From the human T2T-CHM13v2.0 reference genome, Homo sapiens, in the NCBI RefSeq assembly GCF_009914755.1, contig NC_060941.1: a DNA stretch of 64,000 nt, one strand, 5' to 3'. Position 1 is the stretch's first letter; every line of letters starts with the position of its first letter. The notes beneath the pieces were generated by a model that saw only the letters and a list, made by a program, of their open reading frames with translations, did no database searches and was not told the origin of the DNA. Positions 53,914 to 64,000 of this stretch are shown piece after piece. The position numbers were made by a program, and so were the translations under genes.

Positions 53914-54007
53914 CTTCATTCTGAGCACTCAAGGAGGCAGCCAAAAACAGGAGGGTCCCAAGGGCCTGGGAAACGTGGCCAGGGAATGCCAGGGGGCAGG
54001 TCTGCAT
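53914..54007 (-). CDS. SECTM1: SECTM1 first coding exon (signal peptide); the exon extends to 54059 as 5' UTR
   Basis: MQTCPLAFPGHVSQALGTLLFLAASLSAQNE followed by a gtagg donor; acceptor cctccag at 54060. Exons sum to 94+309+134+210=747 nt, i.e. 248 aa plus stop. Confidence 0.96.
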
Positions 54008-54689
54008 GGCTGGTGGGACTTGGGCCCCTGGTCCTTGTCACTGGCTCTTGAAACACTCCCTGGAGGAAGGAAAGCCCATGGGTCAGAGCCCCCTGCAGCT
54101 GCTGAAGGGGACAGCGGGAGCGGCTGTCACCTGGCGGGGGCTGGGAGGCTGGGGGTCCCCGAGCTCTTCCCCGACCTGCTCTGGATGCTGGAGCCCCTGC
54201 CCTCCTTCCCTTCCCTGTGCCTGTAGAGGGTGTGCAATGCTGACCTCACGAAACAAAGAAGACACGCGGGGGCGGGAGACAGAGTTGCCCGCAGCACAGC
54301 GGGGACCCCATCTGCCTTGCGGGTCAGCCCTTTTGTTTTACAATAAATTACTCGTAACTGTGCCTGAGCATGTTTCCTATAGAAATGGGTCAGGACAGGT
54401 GGAATCGTTGGTAGCCGTGTCTGACCTAACACTATACTAAGACCAGCCTCCAGCCCCAGCCCCTCACCAACGCTAAGCATGAAACCAATTTTCCGTCTAC
54501 CTAGGAGCATGTGTTTGATATCACTGCACACCCAGGGCACAGAGCTTCGGCATTACAATTCTTGGAGCGTGTCTGTCTCCTCGTGGGTCCTGTCCAGACC
54601 TCCAGTCACTCACAGAGACCCTCACATGACCAGCACCCAGGGTCCGACTCCCCCAGCCAAGCCCAGCGCTGACCACAACCTGCAGCCAG

Positions 54690-54820
54690 CGGCCCCCCCA
54701 GCCCGTCCACCAGCCCCCCCACCCTGCCCGTCCACCGGCCTCCCCAGCCTGTCCATCAGCCTCCCCGGCCTGTCCACCAGCCCCCCCACCACCCTGCCCG
54801 TCCACCAGCCCCCCTCCCGG
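54690..54820. repeat. C-rich degenerate tandem repeat
   Basis: Recurrent CCYGTCCAYCRGCCYCCC units. Confidence 0.75.
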
Positions 54821-56389
54821 GGCAGCACTCAGTTGCGTTCCTTTCGAATCCATCGTTTACACCTCTGTGTGTTCCTAATGCGCAAGTCAGCTTTACCTCT
54901 GCTGCTCTCACTGGCAAGGCAGGCTGCTGGGCAGCTTCCAGCAGGCGAGCCTCCTTGTGCCATCTTGTCTCAGGCCTGCAAACACTAGGGGCCCCCTAGC
55001 TGTGTGGCTCCTCTCCCGCCAGGCAGAGGCGGCTCCAGGGCACACACCCACGGTGCTGGGGGAGGGCCCGACAGGCAGTGATGAGCCTCTCACAGGCCCC
55101 AGCGAGGTCGCCGCTTCTGTGCTTCCCACGGGGTCCCCACTCATGCCCTGCATACAGGAGGTGCTGGATCCGTGTGGATCTGGATCCCCTGAGAGTGGCT
55201 GGGGGATGAGGGTCCCTGTGTGGAAGCTCCACAAAGCCCCACCTGCCTCCACGCAGGAGCTCAGCCTTGCACAGGAGACTACCCTAACCTAACCCCAACC
55301 CTAACTCAGTCAGTCCCGCCGGTGGGGTCTGGGCCGATGCCTGGGCTGGTCAAAGGTCAGGCCCTCACGTGGACCAGGTGACGTGCTTTTGCATGAACCT
55401 GTTGACGTTCCTGCTGGACTTTGAAAGGGACCAGGGAAGGGAAAGTGAGGGGAGGCAGCCTGGGTCTGTTCCAGGTGGGGCAGCGGGTAAGGCCCAGCAG
55501 GAGCCCTGGCAGGACACGCCTTTCAGCCGAGAGAACTCCACCTTCGAAGGCGGCTGGGGCAAGGGTTCGTGGCCAGGCTGCCCTGCCTCTCGGGTGCCTG
55601 CACCCCTGCTAGGAAAAGTCCCTAGGTAGGGCGGCAACTCCAGCCCTGCCTCTCCCAGCTCCCAGTGCAGCCCACACGCCGGAGTGCAGATGACCTGCAG
55701 GGAACTCCCATGAGGGAACTCTGTAAAGCGACCTTCAGACGTGCTATTTATAGATGTCTATAGATTTATAGATGTGTGTTTCTCCAAACAAATAAACCAC
55801 CAGAAAGTGTCACAGCAGGACACGTCACCAACCCCGGGGACCCCATGTTACCAGGGGTCCTCCTGGAGCCTGGAGTCTGGGCCTGCTGAGGACCTGGCTT
55901 GCAGACGGGCTCCGGCCTTCTCGTCCCATTGCCCCAAGCGCTCCAACCCCCTGTGAACATGCCTCTAGTCATCCCTGGGCCCTGCACAGCCACAGGCAGC
56001 CACCCGGTCATTCCCATACTCTCACCATGGTCCTGCCTCCACGTGGAAGACCCTGCCAGCCGCAGAGTGCAGGTGTGGGGACACTGTCACTGCTGGGAGG
56101 CACGTCACCAACCCCGAGGTGCTGCTGAGGCTCAGGGATGGTCCCACATTGGCGCAGGCTGCGGGTGCCGTGTCCTGAGGTCTGGGTTCCCCACTCCAGG
56201 CAGCCGCTATGCTCAGTACAAGTCCAGTCCCTTCTGTTGGAAACCCCACCCCACCCTGTCAGGGCTGAGTGCAAGGGGAGGGAACCCACACCTGAGACCT
56301 TTTGTGGCCCCTCACTAACACCCCCTTTCCTGCTGTGACCCCTCAGGGCTGCTCAGATGGGCTTGGAGACAGGCTCGGGCCCCATCTCC

Positions 56390-56781
56390 CATCATACGTC
56401 CAGCATTCTAGATTAGCTGGAAGTCCGACGGGGTCTCCCTGGGTTAAAATCAAGGGGTGGGTCAGGGTGGTCCCTTCTGGAGGCTCCAGGCGGAATCTGT
56501 CCCTCTCCGTCTCCAGCGTCCAGAGGCATCCGCATCCCTCGGCTCATGGCCCCTCTGCCATCTCCCCACCACTGCCCCCCAGCTGCTTCCCTCATCTCCC
56601 TGACTCCCCCTCCTCTCTCCCTCTCCTGGAGACCCTGTGATGGCATCAAGGGCCCCCCTGGGTGACCCAGGACACATGCCCCAGCTCAGCACCCGAGGCT
56701 TCATCCCATCTGCATAGTCTCTTTGCCATGTCAGGTTCTGGGATGAGGACGTGACATCTTTGGGGACTGGTAGCCGACCAC
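56390..56781 (-). mobile_element. MLT1-family LTR remnant
   Basis: AAAATCAAGG...CCTTCTGGAGGCTCCAGG...CATCTGCATAGTCTCTTTGCCATGT...GACATCTTTGGGG. Confidence 0.6.
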
Positions 56782-58624
56782 AGAACCCCCACCCCCAGTG
56801 CGGTGGGAGACCCAGGCCACCTGCAGACCCCTGCATGGAGGTGAGGTTCACACAAGGAGACCCCAGGGGGCCTGGGTCCGGCTCCCTCACCCCACGCTCC
56901 ACGATGCCAGCTCAGCCACCCACCTTGGAACCGTGCAGATGGACAGCAGGGAGGGTCGGGGCTGCTGGGGGCTCCCCCACTGCTCTCCGCACCACCCCGC
57001 CGACCGTGTCCGGGAGGGGATGCCCTGCTGCTCTCCCCAGGCTGCTCTGGGGAGTCCTGCCCTCACCTGGAGCCTGGAGGCCATCTGAGTCTGTTTCACA
57101 AATGCTTCCAGGGACTGCCCCTGCCATGTGTTAGGGGTGGGAATTCTGGGCACACAGCCAAAGGTCACAGATCCCCAGAGAGCCCCGACAGCGCTGCGTC
57201 CACCCCACCTGCCCACCCAGGTGCTGGCTCTGCCACCCGTCTGTGTCCTGAGTCAGCCCTGACTCGGCAGAGAGCTGCACCCTGAGCCAGACCTCAGCAG
57301 CTGGGTCCTGGAGGCCCCCAAGGGCCAGCTGCACGCACCTGGCTTCATGCCAAGCTCCTCCCGCCTGGCAGTGGCTGCATCTGCCTCCCCTCCACCCTGA
57401 GTGTCCCAAGTCTGCCCGCTGTGCATTCCATGGGGCCAGCAGCTCGGTGGAGCCTCTGCTCTCGGGGGCTACAGCTGCTCCTAGATGCCTCTGCCACCGA
57501 GGGTGGACCCTGCAGTGCTGGCTCCTAGCCTCCCTGCCGATTGCTTCCTGAAGACCTGGGGCCCTGGGCTGCAGTGGTTGGGGAGAGGGGGGTGGGAGTG
57601 AGAAGCTGGCACTGTCCGTCTTTCTGGCCTCATCCTCTCCATGGTCTCAGCCCCTGGCGGCCTGGACTGCACCGTTCCGGAGATGCTGCCTCCCCACCAA
57701 GTCCCTTTAGCCCAACTGTGGTGGCGGCCGCTGCTTCTCACACGCGGGTCCTCTCACTGCCTCTCCCCGGTCCTCCCTTCCTCCCAGCACCTTCACCAGC
57801 TCCCCACTGAGTGCCCTCCAATGTTGGCGACCCTGACCCTTGTCCAGCCAGGGGTGAAGGGCGGCAAGGGATGGGCTGGAGGGTACTAGGAGCAGGTGGC
57901 GGTGCCCTTCCTGTCGGTCCACACCCGGCAAGTGGCGGGAAAGGTGTGGAATGAGTCAGCCGTGGAGGGGAGCCCTGGGCCTGGAAGACCCCTGTCTTTG
58001 GCTTGAGAATGACTTTGAAGGGCTCAGGGGGTAGGGAGCTGGGGGGAGACCGGGAGGAGAGCGGCAGGTCTGGCTCTACCCCGAGGCTTCAGGCTGCGGA
58101 CCATGCGTGGCCCCAGCTCTGTCTGGGCAGCAGGTGTCAGCGACTTTGGGTTGCTGTGGGAATTTGCTCCGTTTATCAGAAGAAAACGCACCCTGGCAAC
58201 ACAGGCCCCTCTCAGGTCACCAGGCACATCTGGTCACATCTGAGTCTCAGATAAACAACCAATGATGTCCTGGTGAAAGCTTGTCCCGTGGGACACTCGG
58301 GACACACTTATATTAAAACACGATTAACGATCTCAAACTCAGATGTTACTGGGTATCCTGCGTTTTTGTTGGCAGCTCTGCCACTCTGCCCGTCTGCCTG
58401 AGTCCTCTCCTGCCATCCTCCTGACCAGAGGCGTGGGCTTGAGTTGAATGCCACGCAGTGGCTAAAAATCAGAGAGAGGGCAGGCGGCAGGGCGCGGCCC
58501 CAGGGAAAGTGGCCAGGTGGGCGGTGACTGGCCGGGCAGCTCCGTGTGTGGCACAGGGAGACCTGGCACAGGGAGACCAGGTACAGGGAGACGAGGCGCA
58601 CGGAGCCTCAAAACTTCTAGAGTG

Positions 58625-58930
<306 letters not shown>

Positions 58931-60330
58931 AAACTTCTAGAGCGGGAAAAGATGGAGGCGGCAATCAGATTTCTCTCAAACCACGAACACAGGGGTCGGT
59001 ATCTGAGGCGCCGGCACCAGACACGGCAGGGTCTGAGTGCTCCCTGACAAGCGATGATGCGCAGGCTTGGAGCCATGCCAGTGACACGCCTAGGAAAGTT
59101 CACGCACCGCCCAGCACGCCTGCGCATGCCTGTTCCCGCTCCCTGGTGCCCCGGGCGCCTGCCTGTCCCGGCTCCCATGGGTGCTGGGTGTGTGGAAGCT
59201 CCGGCCCCCTCGGGCTGGGTTCATTGGGGTCCTCCTGTGTGGTCAGTGGACTCTGTACCCCCACAGCACCTGAGGGGTGGCTGACACTGCTTTCCCAGCT
59301 GCTGCAGGGGCTCAGGGAACACAGGTGACCCCACGTCTCTACCGAGAATGAGCACACCAACACCTCTCAGAAGACAGCTGCAGCCTGCAGAGGCCATGGA
59401 CCCCACCCAGGCCCACGGTGTGGACGGCTCTGCCCTGGTCTCTGCTGAGCCAGGCCCAGAGGGGACCCCAGGTGAGCAGCAAAGCCCCCCAGGCCTGGGG
59501 CTAGACCGGGCTAACCCTTCCTGCTCAGCACCTGTTCACCTGTCCCCTCTGCTGGTGGCCTCCTGTCCTCCCGCTCTGGGCTCAGCAGCAGCCCCGTGGA
59601 GAGGCCCTGCCACCACCCCCGCCCTGCTGGAGACAGGCCTCCTACGCGGGCTCCTGCAGCCGGTCGCCCTGGGCCTCCTAGAAGCCGGGGATCCTCTGCT
59701 GACCACCGGCAGAAAACGTGCTTCTCAAGCTGCAGGTGATTCACCAGTAGTGGGCAAGGAACTGAATGTGGTGATTACTGCGGAGTCAGCAAAACCCGCG
59801 TGAGAACGGGCAGCTGAGGGCCTGCCGGGTGAGGGAAGCCTCACGGTTCCTGTTTCATGAGTTTGCTGTGAGTGCACACGAGGCTGTGGCTGTGGAGTGT
59901 GCAACAGTCCACGCGTGCCTGCGTGTGCTCATGTGCGTGTGTCCACCAGCTTGTGTGCACGCATATGAGCGAGTGCGTTTTGCTCCCAGCTTGGTCGCAG
60001 CGACGGCGCAGGGAACCCCGGGTGAGGCCGAGGACCGGGAAGGGAGGAGGGGGCTCCGACCCATCGGACTTAGGGGAGCCCCGGGTCCGAGACGCCGCCT
60101 CTGTCCCTTCAAGAGTCGAGCCTGGCGCACAGGGCAGGGACGCGGGTCCCCACACCGGCCGGCAGCTCGTTCCCGCCCATACTCGGGTACGCCCGCTGCG
60201 ACCCCGCCCGCCTGGCCTGCGACGCACGCTCAGGGCCAGCGGGGGGTGACGGTCCCAGAGGCAGAGGCGCCGCAGCCCCAGAGTCCCCATCCCTGCGCGG
60301 ACCGGCAACCCCAGTGCACCAAGAGGCCCT

Positions 60331-60482
60331 AACACCGAGCCCCCAGCACCGAGTCCCCAGCACCGGGCCCTCAGCACCGAGTCCCCAGCACCGGGCCCCC
60401 AGCACCGAGTCCCCAGCACCGAGCCCCCAGCACCGAGTCCCCAGCACCGAGTCCCCAGCACCGAGTCCCCAGCACCGAGCCC
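60331..60482. repeat. 14-bp VNTR, about 11 copies, at the 5' end of SECTM1 intron 1
   Basis: Unit AGCACCGRGYCCCC. Confidence 0.95.
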
Positions 60483-60522
60483 GCCCCTCTGGTTCCCCCG
60501 CCCGCCCCTCTCCGCGCCTCAC

Positions 60523-60600
60523 CGGGTCCGCTCCTGGACGCGCTCCTCTGGGATGCAGCTTCTCCGCGCCCCGGAGCCCCAGGAAAATGAAAGACACGAG
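60523..60600 (-). other. SECTM1: SECTM1 non-coding exon 1 (5' boundary approximate)
   Basis: CCG|GTGAGG donor at 60523/60522 inside a CpG island. The join to the 54059 exon gives GGACCCGGGAGTGTTTC, matching my recollection of the mRNA. Confidence 0.75.
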
Positions 60601-60696
60601 AGGGAGGGGCCAGGGAGGAGGCGGCGGACCCGCGCGGGACCCACCTCCCAGATGAGGAAGGAGCTGGGTTTACGGGAAGCCTCCAAGTTTCGGGAA
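60583..60696 (-). promoter_or_regulatory. SECTM1: Interferon-response module of the SECTM1 promoter
   Basis: IRF-type GAAAATGAAA at 60583-60592; GAS TTCCCGTAA at 60678-60670 and TTCCCGAAA at 60696-60688. SECTM1 is known to be IFN-inducible. Confidence 0.75.
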
Positions 60697-60858
60697 CCAC
60701 CCGCGTTCACAACAAGCGTGACGGTGAATTTATTATTTTCACGGGAGGCACCGCACCCGCGGTTCACGCTAAAGGAAGCAGGAAAGCCGCCGGGAGCATT
60801 TTTCCAGGAGAGTTCGTGCCTGGGCGGGTCCAGCTCGCGTGCGGCGCGCGTTCCCCGC

Positions 60859-61415
60859 GGGGCTGTTTGGCTCCGCTCCTGGAGGCCTCGAGTCTGTGCA
60901 CGGGGCGAGCTGGGCGGGCCGAGTGGGCCGCGGGGAGGGAGGGCGGGGGGCGGCCCCCAGATGCCTGGGAGTGCGCGGGCAGAGTGAGCTGGACCCCCGG
61001 AGGGTCAGAGGCCCTTTCATAAAAGCGCGCAGAGCAGAGGAGTGATGTCCCCCAGCTCCCCCGCAGAGGGTCCTGCACCTGCGGCCTGGGCCTTCAGGCG
61101 TCCTGCGGCCCCTGCGGAGGTGCTGGCCTGGCCAGCCCGGGAGGAGGGGCCCAGCCTGTTGGGGCAGGAGATTGGGGTGCGGGTAGAAGGCTCCAAGACG
61201 CATCCGGGCCGGGAACCCACAGACATCCCAGGTGGGCAGGAGGTGGCTCGAGGAGGCCTGGAGGACCCGGCGCCTGGCGGGGTGGCAGGCGGGCCACGTC
61301 CTCCACTAGAACCCGAGGGGGCACGCGGGCAGGTGCGGGCGGGGTCAAGGATGACCAGGTATCTTCGGGACACTAGGAGGAGGCCCCACAGGCTGCAGTC
61401 ACGTGAGTGGGCAAG
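60859..61415 (+). repeat. Inverted duplication, arm A
   Basis: Reverse-complement match to 63459-63946. Confidence 0.93.
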
Positions 61416-62264
61416 TCCCCACCGGGCAGATGATGGGGGACACTGGGGCGTGGGCAATGCCCCCAGTTTCATGGAAGAGAGGAAGAAGCAGAACCAAACT
61501 CCGGGAAACCCTCAAATGTGGGGAATGGACGGAGCAGGGCCAGACTGGACGCTGAACCTTGGAGCCTGCAGCTCAGCCATCAGACCCAGGGTCCAGAGGT
61601 GGGTGGCACAGAACAAAGTCCCCCGGGATGTTCCAAAAGAGAAACTGTCGCCAAATTGGCAGGTGAAACACAGCCTGTCATCCTCCCAGCAAGACGGCAC
61701 CATGGCCGGGGCACAGAGGTCAGATTCCCCAGCCCCCGCCCTCGGGGAAACCCCAGCCACCCTGGCTGCCAGTGAGATGCTGGAGAGGGGGCTGAAATCC
61801 CACCTGCCCACGTCCTCTGCACAGAGGGGCTTGTCCCCGAGGCCACATCCCCCAGCAGCCACAGCTTCCTTCTCCTTTTTTCCTGCCTACTAGATCTCTC
61901 AACTCAGAGGGGGCTGCAGTTCCTGGGGGCAGGGGGGTCCGGCTGCTTAGGCAGGAGCACCTGCACCGTGAGGCTCTGGAGGGCAGCTGAAGGCTGGCAG
62001 GCTTTTGTCCCGTGAGGGGACACCACTGGGGGTTGGAGGAAAACGCATATCCTGATAAAGCATTTCATGTTGTGAAAGTGAAACTAGTTTGTTTATTTTG
62101 GAAGTAATACAGGCACAGAAACAAAATAGAATGAAACCAACTGTTGCCTTTTCCTCCCCACCCTGGCTTCAATTCCCAGGTTGAGTTATGGACACTGCCT
62201 TACCTATCCTTCTAGAAGTTTTCCTGGTCCATACAAACAGCACAGCCATCCACTCACGTTTCTT

Positions 62265-63405
<1,141 letters not shown>

Positions 63406-63458
63406 CGGCATTTGCTTTTCTTTGTAACTTGATTCTCTGGGTTCCCTTGCCTTTCATC

Positions 63459-63946
63459 CTTGCCCACCCACGTGACTGCAGCCTGTGGGGCTTCCTCCTA
63501 ATGTCCCGAAGATAACTCGTCATCCTTGACCCCGCCGCCACCTCGGGTTCTAGTGGAGGATGTGGCCCGCCTGCCACCCCCACAGGCACCGGGTCCTCCA
63601 GGCCTCCTTGACCCACTTCCAACCCACCTGGGATGTCTGCGCGTTACCAGCCCAGATGCCTCTTGGAGCCTTCCACCTGCACCCCATCTCCTGTCCCAAC
63701 AGGCTGGGCCCCTCCTCCCGGGCTGGCCAAGCCAGTACCTCCGCAGGGGCCGCAGGTGCAGCACCCTCTGTGGGGGAGCTAGGGGGATCGCTCCTCTGCT
63801 CTGCGCACTTTTATGAAAGGGCCTCTGACCCTCCCACTGTCCTGCTCACTCTGCCCGCGCACCCCCGGCCACCTGGGGGCCGCCCCCCAAAGCCCTCGGC
63901 CCGTGGACAGACTCGCAGCCTCCTGGGAGCCGAGCCAACCGGCCCC
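63459..63946 (-). repeat. Inverted duplication, arm B
   Basis: Reverse-complement match to 60859-61415, with two deletions and CpG decay. Confidence 0.93.
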
Positions 63947-64000
63947 ACAGATTTGTGCATGACTCAGTTGTACCCACTGCTCACTGGCTGGAAGGGTCTC

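Noticed and set aside
61042-61893. 283 aa ORF starting in inverted-repeat arm A
   Set aside because: GC-rich composition with no recognisable family. The ATG is only ~20 nt after the TATA-like box and so is probably outside the transcript, and arm B lacks the ATG and has indels.

Overview
Human genomic DNA that I recognise as chr17q25.3 from three proteins reconstructed by hand; no database was consulted. All three genes are on the minus strand. (1) CSNK1D exon 1 and its CpG-island promoter sit at the left edge. (2) CD7 is complete, with 4 coding exons (42076-44258, 240 aa). (3) SECTM1/K12, the known CD7 ligand, is complete, with a non-coding exon 1 near 60.5 kb and 4 coding exons (48928-54007, 248 aa). 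Between CSNK1D and CD7 lie ~41 kb rich in Alu, L1 and LTR repeats, including a CCAAT/TATA CpG-island promoter whose transcript probably ends in a solo ERV1 LTR (probably LINC01970). Nearly all other ORFs in the track are GC-rich, Alu-derived or low-complexity artefacts, and I see no new protein-coding system. The best leads are non-coding or architectural. (a) A ~0.5 kb inverted duplication of a promoter/first-exon-like module lies directly behind the GAS/IRF promoter of SECTM1. (b) SECTM1 and CD7 have identical 1/1/0 intron phases and SECTM1 has no canonical poly(A) signal, so in-frame ligand-receptor chimeras are possible. (c) A ~1.6 kb VNTR upstream of CD7 carries the CTCTGCACAC (MRE/ZSCAN4-type) motif in nearly every unit. 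(d) A 183-bp templated insertion into an old L1 shows one-sided CpG decay. (e) Convergent CTCF-like motifs bracket CD7. All functional readings are hypotheses.
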